Sequence record: NZ_CP049261.1
Source: a plasmid
Strand: one strand, 5' to 3'
DNA: 64,000 nt
Shown here: positions 11,622-22,367 of the stretch, piece by piece
Layout of the letters: the number at the start of each line of letters is the position of its first letter
Numbering within the stretch: the first letter of the stretch is position 1
The notes under the pieces: generated by a model
The model's database searches: none
What the model saw: the letters and a program-made list of their open reading frames with translations, nothing else
Told to the model about the DNA's origin: nothing
Made by a program: the position numbers and the translations under genes

Positions 11622-12820
11622 TCAGCTCATACGAATAAATTCAATGCGATCAAAAACCGCTTTGGCGAAATCTTCAGCCGCGGCACGCGCATTTTTCAGC
11701 GCCTCGCTGCTGCCGATGTAAGTGGCGGGGTTTGCGGAAATCACCGTATCAAATGACTCTCCGCAGCGCTCAAAGCCGTCCAGGCGGGGCAGGGCGACAT
11801 CCAGCATATCGCCGCCGAAAATCTCCTTGGCGAGGCTGTGGCAGAGCTTGTGGTCGGCCTTGTTGAGCAGCTTCGACATAAAGCCGATGTTTTTCTGCAG
11901 TCTCACCCGACAGCCGGACTCTTCGATCAGCGCGATGAGCTCCGGCAGACGCGTCAGGTATTTGAGCGTCGAGTGGAAATCTACCTGCGCAGGTGGCACC
12001 GGTGTAAACAGAACGTCCGAGGCGGCAATCGCGTTCATCAGGAACGCGTCCAGATGCGGGCCGCTGTCGACAAAGATAAAGTCGTAGTCTCTGGCAATCT
12101 TATCGATGATGTTCTGGCGCAGGACACCATAAATACTGGTGCCCGGCAGATGCTCCGCACAGAGCTCTTCCCAGCGAGAGGCGATAAAGGCGTCTTCAAT
12201 AGAAGCTGGCATCACATCCACGCCCGGCACAATCGACGGCACAATAAATTCTTCCAGCAGTTCTTCACGCGACACATTCTGCAGCATGGCCTGCGCGCTG
12301 GTGGTATCGACAGTGCCGACCGCGCGGGTGTGATTAAGGAACATGGTTGCGGAAGACTGCGGATCGAGATCGACCACCAGAATGCGCAGATCTTCAAACA
12401 GCAGGTGAGGATGCACACGGAGCGCATGGGCAAGGGAAACCGTGGAAACCGTTTTGGAGACGCCGCCTTTCAGATTACCAACAAAAATGGTGAACGCTTC
12501 ATCATGACGGTCGCGGTATTTAGGCACGCCACGGTGATGGTAGAGATCGATAATATTCTGAACGGACATCGCATACTTGGTGGAAGAGCCCGCCGCGCGT
12601 TTATCAAAGACGTATCCGTTTGCTTCCATCTCACTGACGGCGTAATCAACGCTGGCGCGGGTCAGTCGCGGAAGTTTGGCCAGTGCCGCTTTGGCGTAGA
12701 CCTGATAGAAGGTGTTTTCCTGAAGCTCATCTTTCTGATGCTGGATCTGCTCGGTCAGCCGAGAAGCATTCTTTCTGAACGTTCGGCAACTTTCGTTAAC
12801 TGCTGCTCATTATCCATCAT
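11622..12820 (-). CDS. parA: partition ATPase ParA (P1 ParA family, N-terminal HTH), frameshift near 12755
   Basis: MMDNEQQLTKVAERSERML then shift to ...NTFYQVYAKAALAKLPRLTRASVDYAVSEMEANGYVFDKR...VGNLKGGVSKT (deviant Walker A)...; near-collinear with P1 ParA. Confidence 0.85.
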
Positions 12821-13039
12821 AACACTCACTGTATGCAGGATTTATTAATTTAAACGAAAATACAGCATAAAAGTCAGGTAGTAAACATAAATGTTGTACT
12901 TGTGTGCGCGTGTTCAAATCGCTGACGTCATAAGAGGTTAGTGCCAGAATCAGCAGCGCTCACCGCAAAAACGAACGTGCGTCAGCCGTTCGTTTGAGGA
13001 AGCGCAAAAGAGCGGAGGTTAAATGGGGCGTGGGATGCA

Positions 13040-13130
13040 TATGACATGATTTTATCCACAGGCCAGATCTAAGTTTTCGATCCAGATAAGATCCCTTATA
13101 TGATCCTTAAAGATCCCTTTTCTGAATTTC
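13040..13130. other. oriR-like origin segment: DnaA box plus GATC cluster
   Basis: TTATCCACA at 13041-13049; five GATC sites in 60 bp (13064-13125); AT-rich. Confidence 0.65.
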
Positions 13131-13149
13131 TTAATACGATCAGAAGGTT

Positions 13150-13270
13150 GCGGCAGTTTCTAACCACTATAGCGAGCAGAACATCCACTGAAGCGAGCCG
13201 GATAACCACTGTAGCGAGGAGAGTAACGGCTGAAGAGAGTGCCTGGCATCCACTGTAGCGAGTAAAACGC
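13150..13270 (+). repeat. RepA iteron cluster 1 (about 5 copies, consensus near ATCCACTGTAGCGAGTAAA)
   Basis: Direct repeats AACCACTATAGCGAG, CATCCACTGAAGCGAG, ACCACTGTAGCGAG, CATCCACTGTAGCGAG about 22-24 bp apart. Confidence 0.7.
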
Positions 13271-13444
13271 AGGACTTTTCCATGACGGCCCTCTCTTTAT
13301 AACTGACTGTATTAAAAAGGGTTTCACCTTCTTCTTGTCAAGTTACTCCTGCGCATCAACATGTTTATTCACAGAGTCAGTACGTCTTTTATGTCTGGCT
13401 GCGGGTGACTGTAACAGACTGACATGCTCCTGTATGCGTTCGGG

Positions 13445-13642
13445 CTATCCACTATAGCGAGTAAATGACTGGATCCTGTCACGCTATCAACTAAAACAAC
13501 CACTACGGAGAGTAAATAACCACTGTAGTGAGCAAACATCCACTGTGGAGAGTAAACAGCGCGGATAAGCATGTGACATATCCACTATGGTGAGTGATAC
13601 TCTCACTGGCGAAGATAATAACCACTATGGTGAGTAAGCACC
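13445..13642 (+). repeat. RepA iteron cluster 2 (about 6 copies) overlapping repA promoter and start
   Basis: TATCCACTATAGCGAG, AACCACTACGGAGAG, CCACTGTAGTGAG, ATCCACTGTGGAGAG, ATCCACTATGGTGAG, AACCACTATGGTGAG. Confidence 0.7.
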
Positions 13643-14682
13643 GGTATTCAGGACAGGAGACCCCGCACGTGGCTGATGAAGAGAACATCAATATCAACGA
13701 TGCCTTCAGTGAACTGGATCGTAAAACCGGCGAAGTGGTCACGCTGATGCCGAACCGTAACAACACGGTACAGCCGGTCGCGCTGATGCGCCTTGGCCTG
13801 TTTGTCCCGACGCTGAAATCCACCGCCCGTGGCCGTAAAGGGCAGATGTCCTCGATGGATGTGACAGAAGAGCTGAAACAGCTCTCGCTCGTTAAATCTG
13901 AAGGCTACGAGAATATCAAAATCACCGGTGCCCGCCTGGACATGGATAACGACTTCAAAACCTGGGTCGGGATCATCCATGCTTTCGCCAAATACAACGT
14001 GCTTGGCGACAGCGTGACGCTGCCGTTTGTGGAGTTCGTGAAGCTGTGCGGTATTCCTTCGGCGCGTTCGTCGGCAAAGCTGCGTAAACGTCTTGATGCC
14101 TCGCTGACCCGTATCGCCACTAATACCATCTCCTTCAGCAATAAAGAAGGGGAGTATTACGTCACGCACCTGGTGCAGTCCGCCAAGTACAGTGCCAAAA
14201 AGGATGAAGTGACGCTGCAGGCCGATCCGAAAATCTTTGAGCTATACCAGTTCGATAAAAAAGTTCTGCTGCAGCTGCGGGCCATTAATGAGCTGTCGCG
14301 TAAGGAATCGGCTCAGGCGCTGTATACGTTTATTGAGAGCTTGCCGCCTAACCCTGCGCCTGTCTCCCTTGCACGCCTGCGCGCGCGCCTGAATCTCACC
14401 TCCCGCACCATCACGCAGAACTCCACCGTGCGTAAGGCGATGGAGCAGCTCAAGGAGATTGGCTATCTCGATTACACCGAGATCAAGCGCGGGCGGGTAG
14501 TCTACTTTCATATCCACTACAGAAGGCCAAAACTTCGCCCACAAAGCCTGCCAGGCGCGCTGCCTGCCGGTGACGAGTTGCCGGTAGAAAACAGCGCTGT
14601 ACCGGAAGAGCAGGGCGAAATGGTGATGCTGACCAAAGAAGAGCTGGCGCTGCTGGAAAAAATCCGTAAAGGCCAGATCTGA
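13627..14682 (+). CDS. repA: replication initiator RepA (P1/IncY family); start uncertain (GTG 13594 or ATG 13627)
   Basis: [17 protein letters not shown]...[22 protein letters not shown]...[27 protein letters not shown]...IGYLDYTE matches P1 RepA blocks. Confidence 0.85.
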   Translation: MVSKHRYSGQETPHVADEENININDAFSELDRKTGEVVTLMPNRNNTVQPVALMRLGLFVPTLKSTARGRKGQMSSMDVTEELKQLSLVKSEGYENIKITGARLDMDNDFKTWVGIIHAFAKYNVLGDSVTLPFVEFVKLCGIPSARSSAKLRKRLDASLTRIATNTISFSNKEGEYYVTHLVQSAKYSAKKDEVTLQADPKIFELYQFDKKVLLQLRAINELSRKESAQALYTFIESLPPNPAPVSLARLRARLNLTSRTITQNSTVRKAMEQLKEIGYLDYTEIKRGRVVYFHIHYRRPKLRPQSLPGALPAGDELPVENSAVPEEQGEMVMLTKEELALLEKIRKGQI

Positions 14683-14830
14683 ATATCCACTGTAGTGAGT
14701 ACGGCATGTGGAGATTTTACTCTTATGCTCGCTACAGTGGATTTTGCTATCTATAGTGGATGTTACTCTCCTTAGTGGATGTTTCACGCCTGTATACTCT
14801 CTACAGTGGATACAAAGCTCATGTGCCACA
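14683..14830 (-). repeat. incA-like iteron cluster downstream of repA (1 direct and about 4 inverted copies)
   Basis: ATATCCACTGTAGTGAG (direct) then CGCTACAGTGGAT, CTATAGTGGATG, CTTAGTGGATG, CTCTACAGTGGATA (inverted). Confidence 0.65.
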
Positions 14831-14860
14831 TTGGATCCTGAAACACCGTGAATAATCTGG

Positions 14861-14880
14861 CGATTTCAGCGTGAAACTCT
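14861..14880. promoter_or_regulatory. additional parS-like boxA/boxB site
   Basis: TGGCGATTTCAGCGTGAAAC, one or two mismatches to the 10374 copy. Confidence 0.5.
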
Positions 14881-15050
14881 GATTCTTAATTCTGTAAAAA
14901 CAGCGAGTTAGAGGTAAAAGAGCGTGGCGAGTGATTACCTTCATAATTTTCCGCGAGTCTTCTGTCTTTTCCATAACGGAAACAGGGGGCCTTTACCGTT
15001 TTAGCATGGCGGTCTGTGACCGGAACCGCTTTTTTGCAGGGAATGACGTT

Positions 15051-15667
15051 ATGAATCTTCTCCTTATCCGTCATGCCGAAACAGAATGGAACCGTGGCGG
15101 GCTCATTCAGGGCATCATGACAGCGCGCTGACGGCGCGTGGCTTGCAGGAAACCACAGCGCTCCTGACTGCTCTGGCGCACGAATTCCCCTCTGTTGACG
15201 CGGTGTACACATCTCCCGCGGGCCGCGCGCGCCATATGGGTGACGCCATCGCGAGCCATTTTCGCTGCCCACTCTCTGTTGAGCCTCTATTACGTGAGCA
15301 GGCGTTTGGTGATTACGAAGGCCTGTCGCGGGTGCAGTTGCAGCGAGATGAGCCTCTCAGCGCAGAAGCGCTGTTTTCAACTGATGCGTTATTTACGCCG
15401 CCCGGCGGTGAATCGCTCGCGTATGCCGCGCAGCGTCTTCTGTCTTTCATCCAGAATGATCTCGCCGCAACCTCACACGCAACCTGCTGCGTCGTGACGC
15501 ACGGGCATATCCTTCAGGGCGCGCTGGCGCTCCTCAAAGACGGCAATATCGATAACTTCCCGCGCTATGCGCAGCCTAACGCCAGCTATGCGCGGTTAAC
15601 GTTTACGGCGGACCGCTGCGACGTCATTCAGTGGGGCATCGCGACCCATTTGCGACACCTGTCATAA
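15051..15667 (+). CDS. histidine phosphatase family protein (phosphoglycerate-mutase-like), frameshift near 15110
   Basis: MNLLLIRHAETEWN (RHG catalytic motif) then shift to ...TARGLQETTALLTAL...VTHGHIL. Confidence 0.7.
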
Positions 15668-15765
15668 ACGCCGAAAACTTTCGCCGCTCTTAAGTCTTCC
15701 TTAAGATTAATCCTATAACTTCACTCTGGATCCTGCCCCTGTCGGGCCGTACCGGAGCACACTCT

Positions 15766-16533
15766 ATGCAAAACACTACCTCTGCGCTCAGCAAAGTTCC
15801 TGCCGTCACCGCCGCGTTCTGGCTGACGAAAATCGCCGCGACCACGCTGGGTGAAACCGGCGGCGATGCGGTCACGATGTCCATGGATCTCGGTTATCTC
15901 ACCGGCACGCTCATCTTCGCGGCGATCTTCCTCGCAGCGGTGGTCGTGCAGATCCGCCATCACAGCTTTAATAAGTGGATCTACTGGTTCACGGTGGTCG
16001 CCACCACGACGGTCGGCACCACGCTTGCAGATTTCGCCGACCGCTCATTAGGTATCGGTTATCTCGGCGGTACGGTGTTGTTGAGTAGTCTGCTGGTGCT
16101 TTCGCTGCTGGTCTGGCGCGTGACATGCGGCACTATTGCCGTGGATTCGGTTAACAGCGTGCGTACCGAAAGCTTCTACTGGGTGACGATTATGTTCTCC
16201 CAGACGCTTGGCACGGCGCTCGGCGACTGGACAGCAGACAGTGAAGGCTTCGGTTATGACGGCGGCATCCTGCTGTTCGTGGGCGCACTGGCGGTTATCT
16301 GGCTCGCGAGCCGCTTTACCTCGATTTCGCGCACCGTGCTGTTCTGGGCTGCATTTATCCTCACCCGTCCACTCGGCGCGGTGGTGGGCGATTTCCTCGA
16401 TAAACCCATCGCCAAAGGCGGTCTTGAGCTCAGCCGTTACGGCGCATCTGCCACACTGGTAGGAATGATTCTGGTCTGCCTGTGGGTCTTCCCGCATCGC
16501 GCAGCGCTGAAAAAACGCGCACCGGTATTCTGA
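15766..16533 (+). CDS. membrane-anchored protein with four internal repeats (COG4705-like)
   Basis: 255 aa; repeated FWLTKIAATTLGETGGD / YWVTIMFSQTLGTALGD units, hydrophobic. Confidence 0.55.
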   Translation: MQNTTSALSKVPAVTAAFWLTKIAATTLGETGGDAVTMSMDLGYLTGTLIFAAIFLAAVVVQIRHHSFNKWIYWFTVVATTTVGTTLADFADRSLGIGYLGGTVLLSSLLVLSLLVWRVTCGTIAVDSVNSVRTESFYWVTIMFSQTLGTALGDWTADSEGFGYDGGILLFVGALAVIWLASRFTSISRTVLFWAAFILTRPLGAVVGDFLDKPIAKGGLELSRYGASATLVGMILVCLWVFPHRAALKKRAPVF

Positions 16534-16656
16534 GTTCTTCCTTCTTACCCGCGGCACGCGCCGCGGGTTCTCCTCTCTGTTTTTCCTTTCACAACGGTTT
16601 TGCCCTCGCTGCCCTGTGCCGTACACTGTCTCTTAGTACACATGCAGGAAGCTCAA

Positions 16657-17715
16657 ATGACACATTACTGGTGGAAAGATTTACACGATCGTAATGACGC
16701 CTGGCTGGGGCTTGCGCTGACGGTAAAGGGCGAAACGCCCCCAGGCCTGGCGCTGGAGATGCTGAGCGGACATCACGGACGCATGGCGTTGCAGCTGCGC
16801 GGCGAAACGCTTTTCTGGGCTTCGATGCTGAAAGATTATTCCGGCGTCTGGCTCGTCACCAACCGTGAGCATCCCGATCAGCAAAATTTGCTGCCGCCGG
16901 TGCGCTCTGAGGACATTGAAGCCATCAAACGCAAGGGTGACGGCGCGTGGACGGGCGAGTGGTGCCGCTATTTCGCGCGTCAGCTGATGGATTCTCCCGC
17001 GCCGCTGCTGGCGCCGCGCGACTGGCTGTTGCGCCCGATGCTGCCCGCGAAACGCCAGTCGTCATACCTGCGCAACACCACGCCCGACATCGACCAGTGG
17101 TATTTCAAAACGCCCCCCAGCGCAGGCGACTGGAGTGTGGACTGGGCGCTTTATGGCGAAGATTTTCGCTCGCTCACTGACCCGGAGCACGTCCGGCTGG
17201 TGGACTGGTGGTGGGGCGGCCATCTGCTGATGGGCCGTTATCCGGTTGATCCGCACGCCGGGCGTCTTAAGTGGTGGCGTAAAAAATGCCGCGAGGGCGC
17301 GCTGCCGCCGGTGCTGGTCTGGTATGTCGCCGGGCTGGCGTCTTATATCGTGCTGGACGGCCATTATCGCCTGCACGCCGCGATGGAAGAGGGCATCCCG
17401 CCGTCATTCCTGGTGCTGAGCGAATACGCCGAGCGGGAGTTCCCGGCGGACGAGGCGCAGCGCGAGCGGGTGCAGCGGGCGCTGGCGTTACAGCAGGCGA
17501 ACAATCCGGGCTGCAATATTGATGGCATTAATCAGACGTTAATTAATCTGTGGGACCGGCGTTATCTTTACGCCGAAACGCACAGCCGCGCCACGCTCGG
17601 CAACGGCGAAGGCTGGGCGCGTGAGGTTACGGCTTATCTGCGTCGCCACGGGCAGACGACGTATCTGGAGAATGTCCTTAACGGCACGGAAAACCCGGTC
17701 GACGACGCCGGGTGA
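16657..17715 (+). CDS. hypothetical Trp-rich protein with C-terminal ParB/Srx-like DGHYR motif
   Basis: 353 aa from ATG 16657 with AGGAAG SD; ...VLVWYVAGLASYIVLDGHYRLHAAMEEGIPPSFLVL (17347-17400) resembles the ParB nuclease-fold core. Confidence 0.5.
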   Translation: MTHYWWKDLHDRNDAWLGLALTVKGETPPGLALEMLSGHHGRMALQLRGETLFWASMLKDYSGVWLVTNREHPDQQNLLPPVRSEDIEAIKRKGDGAWTGEWCRYFARQLMDSPAPLLAPRDWLLRPMLPAKRQSSYLRNTTPDIDQWYFKTPPSAGDWSVDWALYGEDFRSLTDPEHVRLVDWWWGGHLLMGRYPVDPHAGRLKWWRKKCREGALPPVLVWYVAGLASYIVLDGHYRLHAAMEEGIPPSFLVLSEYAEREFPADEAQRERVQRALALQQANNPGCNIDGINQTLINLWDRRYLYAETHSRATLGNGEGWAREVTAYLRRHGQTTYLENVLNGTENPVDDAG

Positions 17716-17716
17716 A

Positions 17717-18249
17717 GGCTTACAACGCGCGCCACTCGTCGTGAGCCAGAGTGTACAGCAGGCTCGGCGGCACGTTATCAACATCATGGATCTCACGCAC
17801 GTAGCGCAATCCTGCGTGCGTCAGCACTTTGCGAGACGCCAGATGATTGCTGCGCACTACCGCAGAGACTGCCTCAAGCGCCCGATCTTCAAACCCATAG
17901 CGAACGGCGAAGCGGGCGAACTCTGTCGCCAGCCCCTGTCCCACGCCTGCGTCGCAAAACGGTAGCCGAGATTATTAATCTCCGTGTCCGCATAGCGGCG
18001 GATGCTCAGCCCGCCAAAACCGATAGTCTCATCGGGTGCGGTGGTTAACGCGATGCGCCAGTTCCCAAAACCATAAGCCTGCCAGTGCGTCAGCCAGCGA
18101 TCCATCACACCTTCCGCGTGCGCGCGGTTGGGGTACGGCCCCGCCGGGTTAAATGTATTGGTCGCCGGATCGCCGTAAATCCGGAATAAATCGTCCACAT
18201 CTCTCTCTGTGACCGGCCGCAGCCGCAGACGCGCCGTCTCTGCAAACAT
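17717..18249 (-). CDS. GNAT family N-acetyltransferase (RimJ/RimL-like), frameshift near 17940
   Basis: MFAETARLRLRPVTERDVDDLFRIYGDP... then shifted C-terminus ...GQGLATEFARFAVRYGFEDRALEAVSAVV...NHLASRKVLTHAGLRY. Confidence 0.7.
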
Positions 18250-18545
18250 AAGTATTTCCTCATAATTGCGTTGCCTCTGTTATAGCGCAGATGCGGGTAC
18301 AGAACGACTTCCCCTCCGCCAGGAGCACAAAGCATGACGCCGGAAGGCGATTTGACAGCTGAATAATCCGCGAGTTTGGTTTTACGCAGACGAATTGGCG
18401 ACGAGGATTAAGTCTCTGAACGTTCGTTAAAAAATGGTTTATGGTTAAAGCGTTAAGAGAATATATCGGGCTTACACAGTGACGCGCCGCCACCGGCCTC
18501 CTGTATTTACGCGTGTCGCAGGGCGATCACGAAAAAGGAAGAGTA

Positions 18546-19754
18546 ATGAGTGCGGAAGTCACCCTGCCCGTCGGGCAGCAGAACAGGAATATTTTTCGGC
18601 TGGCGACGGCCCAGGCGCTCGCGGGCGCGAACTCGGTGGTGTTTTACGCGACCGGCGCGATTGTCGGCGACGCGATGGCGCCGGATCAGGCGCTGGCGAC
18701 GCTGCCGCTGACGATTTTCGTTGTCGGGATGGCCGCGCTGATCCTGCCTTTTGGCGTGCTTGCCCGCCGTTATGGCCGCCGCGCGGCGTTTATGGCGGGC
18801 ACCAGTACGGGCGTGCTGACCGGACTGACGGCGGCTCTGGCCGTGGTGCTCGGCTCCTTCTGGCTCTTTTGCATCGCCGGGTTTATGAGCGGCGCGTATG
18901 CCGCCGTCGCGGTTTCATTTCGCTTTGCGGCCACCGATGGCGTGGCGCGCGAACGGCGAGCAAGGGCGCTGTCGCTGGTGATGGGCGGCGGCGTGGCGGC
19001 AGGCATTGTCGGGCCGATGCTGGTCAACGGCACGATGGATCTCTGGCCGCCCTATACCTTTGCCGCCACATACCTTGCCCAGGCGCTGGTGGCGGCGGTG
19101 TCCGCGGTGGTGCTCTGGGGCGTAAAAGCGCCCGATCCGGTCGCGCCTGAACATCAGGTACGCGGACGACCGCTTCGTGACATCGTGCGCCAGCCGGGCT
19201 TCAGCCGCACCGTATTCAGCGGCGCGGTGGCGTATATGGTGATGAATTTTCTGATGACCGCCACGCCGCTGTCGATGCATATGCATGGCCTTTCACTCCA
19301 GGATGCGAACCTGGGCATTCAGTGGCATGTCATTGCCATGTACGCGCCGGGTTTCTTTACCGGCAAGCTGATTACCCGTTTTGGTGCCACGCGCATCGCC
19401 GCACTGGGGCTTGCGATCTCGGCGCTTTCTGTCGCGGCGGGCCTTGCCGGAACGGCGGTCGGGCACTACTGGCTGTTGCTCATTTTGCTCGGTGTTGGCT
19501 GGAATTTCGGTTTTACCGGCGCGTCGGCGCAAATCCTCGACTATCACCGCCCGGAGGAGAAAACCCGTGTGCAATCGCTGAATGATTTTGTGGTATTTGG
19601 CGTGATGATCGTGGGCTCGTTTTCTTCTGGTGCCCTGCTGACGCTGGTTGGCTGGAACGCCGTGCTGTGGTGCTCGCTGGTGCCGCTGGTCGTCGCCATG
19701 ATAGCGCTGCTGGCTGAAAAGCGGCGAGCGGCGGCGTCATTAAACCGTTATTAG
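18546..19754 (+). CDS. MFS transporter
   Basis: 12 predicted TM segments; ATG 18546 after AAGGAAG SD. Confidence 0.75.
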   Translation: MSAEVTLPVGQQNRNIFRLATAQALAGANSVVFYATGAIVGDAMAPDQALATLPLTIFVVGMAALILPFGVLARRYGRRAAFMAGTSTGVLTGLTAALAVVLGSFWLFCIAGFMSGAYAAVAVSFRFAATDGVARERRARALSLVMGGGVAAGIVGPMLVNGTMDLWPPYTFAATYLAQALVAAVSAVVLWGVKAPDPVAPEHQVRGRPLRDIVRQPGFSRTVFSGAVAYMVMNFLMTATPLSMHMHGLSLQDANLGIQWHVIAMYAPGFFTGKLITRFGATRIAALGLAISALSVAAGLAGTAVGHYWLLLILLGVGWNFGFTGASAQILDYHRPEEKTRVQSLNDFVVFGVMIVGSFSSGALLTLVGWNAVLWCSLVPLVVAMIALLAEKRRAAASLNRY

Positions 19755-20069
19755 CCTATATTGCGCCAGGCGATCGGCGCTGGCGCAATATAACATCACG
19801 CGATTTTATTAGCCCGCGAATAATAAAGCCACAAAATAAAGTGAAACGCCCGAAGCGTAGCGGTAGCGGGTAAGTGCCATAAGCAAATTCTTTACGGGCA
19901 GAAATATTGCAAACTTACTACTATCGTCAGCTATTTTAAAAGCTTGAGAGATTTTTTGCTGAACCTGCCATATTTCAGAGTCATCTGCAGCGTCGGTTGA
20001 ATACCTATATCTACAGGGATATTCTTTACGCGCATTTTTAATGTGCGTAAAAATTTAATGGAATAATAT

Positions 20070-21008
20070 ATGAATAAGAAACTTATTGTCGTGGCGATGA
20101 TAGCTGCCTCCGGCTCGGCGAATGCCGCTTCTTCTGTAACACTGATGCCGGATTTTTCTGCGCAAAGCGTGGCTGTCTCCACATCACTGGGGATGCTGGC
20201 AGGGGAGTCGAAAGAATTTGTATATGACTCCAGTACAGGTCGTAAAATCAGTCAGCTGAACTGGAAAATTAAAAATAATCTCATCCTTAAAGGCGATGTT
20301 TCCTGGGATGCATGGCCTTTCCTGACCCTGAATGCGCGCGGCTGGACAACCCTGAGTTCTGGTAACGGGCATATGGAAGATTATGACTGGCAAAAAGAAG
20401 ATCAGTCTCACTGGACCGACCGTTCGCGCCATCCTGATACCGATCTGAATTATGCCAATGAATATGATTTAAACCTGAAAGGCTGGGTACTGAAAGGGGA
20501 TGATTATAAAGTCGGCGTTATGGCCGGTTATCAACAAACCCGTTTCAGCTGGACCGCCTATGGCGGCTCCTTTAACTATGCGAATGGCAATGATGTTGGC
20601 AGCTTCCCGAACGGTGCCCGCGGTATCGGTTACCAGCAGAAATACAGCATGCCGTATATTGGCCTGACCGGTCAGTATCGTTATCAGGACTTTGAAGTGA
20701 ACGCGCAGTTTAAATTCAGCGACTGGGTGACCGCGAAGGATAACGACGAGCATTATATGCGCGATCTGACGTTCCGTGAAAAAGCTAACGACTCCCGTTA
20801 CTATGGCCTCGCCGTTGATGCCGGTTATTATGTGCTCCCGAATACGAAACTTTTCGCTGAGTTCAGCTATAACCGCTATGAGGAAGGGAAAAGCGGTACG
20901 CAGATGATTAATAACGCGACCGGAACGTCTTTTTCGGATAATGGCGATGCCGCCGGCCTGCAAAACAAAAACTATACAATTACCGCAGGTCTTCAGTACC
21001 GTTTCTGA
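20070..21008 (+). CDS. omptin family outer-membrane protease (OmpT/PgtE/Pla-like)
   Basis: Signal peptide; [54 protein letters not shown]-terminal LQYRF; AT-rich upstream. Confidence 0.9.
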   Translation: MNKKLIVVAMIAASGSANAASSVTLMPDFSAQSVAVSTSLGMLAGESKEFVYDSSTGRKISQLNWKIKNNLILKGDVSWDAWPFLTLNARGWTTLSSGNGHMEDYDWQKEDQSHWTDRSRHPDTDLNYANEYDLNLKGWVLKGDDYKVGVMAGYQQTRFSWTAYGGSFNYANGNDVGSFPNGARGIGYQQKYSMPYIGLTGQYRYQDFEVNAQFKFSDWVTAKDNDEHYMRDLTFREKANDSRYYGLAVDAGYYVLPNTKLFAEFSYNRYEEGKSGTQMINNATGTSFSDNGDAAGLQNKNYTITAGLQYRF

Positions 21009-21019
21009 TGCCGTTAAAA

Positions 21020-21045
21020 AACCCGCTGCCGGCGGGTTTTTTTCA
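21020..21045 (+). terminator. rho-independent terminator after omptin gene
   Basis: CCCGCTGCCGGCGGG hairpin plus TTTTTTT. Confidence 0.75.
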
Positions 21046-21256
21046 CACATAACCTGTACCGATAACCTCGTCAACATTTCTTAATCCCTTTCCTCGTGGC
21101 TGTTCCCCGCTAAAACTGCACGCTTCTGAAGAATATCCTCAATCGATATGTGGATCAGAAAGCGAACTTCCATCATGCTATATTTCGTCAGGCGACTGGC
21201 GCTGGCGAAAGGCGATTTTTCTGCCGACAATACTTATTTCAAAAGGATCCATTGAG

Positions 21257-21799
21257 ATGAAACTGAGCGCGCTGTTTATCGCCTCTCTGCTCATGGCGGG
21301 CTATGTCTGTGCCGGCCAGGCTGTTCCCGTAGCGCTGAAAGATGGCCCGAACACGCTGGATATCAATCAGGATGGCGCGAACGATCTGATTTTCAGCGCC
21401 ACCTATGACAATAATACCTCCCACCCCAGCAGCACGCTGACGGTTTATATTCAGAAAGACCACGCCTGGCTGATTGTTCCGGTGCCGGATGACGATGGCT
21501 TTACGTGGAGCGATTTTCGGCTGTCCGCCTCAACCACGAAAATCAGCGGCTATGAACCGTATCAGGTTAATCATATTTTTTATCTGGTCCGGGCGGTGAA
21601 AATGGCAGAGTCTTCAGAAAGTACTGATTTAACCGATGCCACGAAAGTGAAGTTCACGCGCTACCGGATAGCCAGTAATACCGCCGATCCGGGCGTCGCG
21701 GCCTTTTTCTGGCAGCCGTCCGGCAGTTACGTGACGGACGCCGCTTACAGCGATGTGGACGAGGCTTTTCGCACACTGAATATGGATAAATTTCTTTGA
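21257..21799 (+). CDS. hypothetical exported protein (signal peptide)
   Basis: MKLSALFIASLLMAGYVCAGQA signal peptide; 180 aa; no recognisable domain. Confidence 0.5.
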   Translation: MKLSALFIASLLMAGYVCAGQAVPVALKDGPNTLDINQDGANDLIFSATYDNNTSHPSSTLTVYIQKDHAWLIVPVPDDDGFTWSDFRLSASTTKISGYEPYQVNHIFYLVRAVKMAESSESTDLTDATKVKFTRYRIASNTADPGVAAFFWQPSGSYVTDAAYSDVDEAFRTLNMDKFL

Positions 21800-22335
21800 A
21801 GCGGCGGGCGGCGCTGGCCATGCTCCTCATCAGTACGAACAGTATGGCGCAGCAGGCCGCGCCTTATCGTGCGCTGCTACAGCAGGCGCTCAACGCCCGG
21901 TCGCTGTGTCTTGGCGAAACGGCCTGGCCGGTAACAAGCCGCGCGGGCGCTGATGCCTGGCTGCACGCCCGGATGGCAGCGCTGGTGGATGCCGGGCTTG
22001 TCTTGAGCAGGCGCGAAGGCTCTCAAAAAACCTGGGCGCTGACGCCCAAAGGGCGCGCGGAATTTCACCGGCATCACGATTTCTGCTACGGAAAAATGCG
22101 CGTCAAAACGCTGGAGGTTAAGCCGCAGCGCGATGGCATCCATGCGACCTTCACGTATGATATTCCAGCGCTGCCGCAATGGGCTAAGACGCCCGCTCTG
22201 CGTATGGCGGATTCAGAGCTGGATAATCTCATCAGCGGTATCGATAAGGTGCATTATCAGGCCATTTTTATTCGCGGGGATAATGGCAAACTCCGGCTCG
22301 TCCGCGGGCCAGAACCGCTGGATTTACTTTACTGA
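21796..22335 (+). CDS. hypothetical exported protein, translationally coupled (TTG start overlapping stop)
   Basis: MKRRAALAMLLISTNSMAQQ signal peptide; TTGA overlap with upstream gene. Confidence 0.45.
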   Translation: MKRRAALAMLLISTNSMAQQAAPYRALLQQALNARSLCLGETAWPVTSRAGADAWLHARMAALVDAGLVLSRREGSQKTWALTPKGRAEFHRHHDFCYGKMRVKTLEVKPQRDGIHATFTYDIPALPQWAKTPALRMADSELDNLISGIDKVHYQAIFIRGDNGKLRLVRGPEPLDLLY

Positions 22336-22367
22336 TCGCATAACACGTACTGCACCCGAGACCCGAC

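Noticed and set aside
11838-12848. 336-aa plus-strand ORF
   Set aside because: Antisense to parA, which has unambiguous P1 ParA homology.
13369-13823. ORFs of 67 and 106 aa across the iteron region
   Set aside because: Minus-strand translations of iteron repeats; the region is the replication origin and repA promoter.
13150-14830. Direct repeats that could be mistaken for a CRISPR array
   Set aside because: Repeat units are about 19 bp with variable short spacing, are imperfect, flank a rep gene, and match the P1 RepA iteron consensus and the oriR/incA layout. No cas genes are present.
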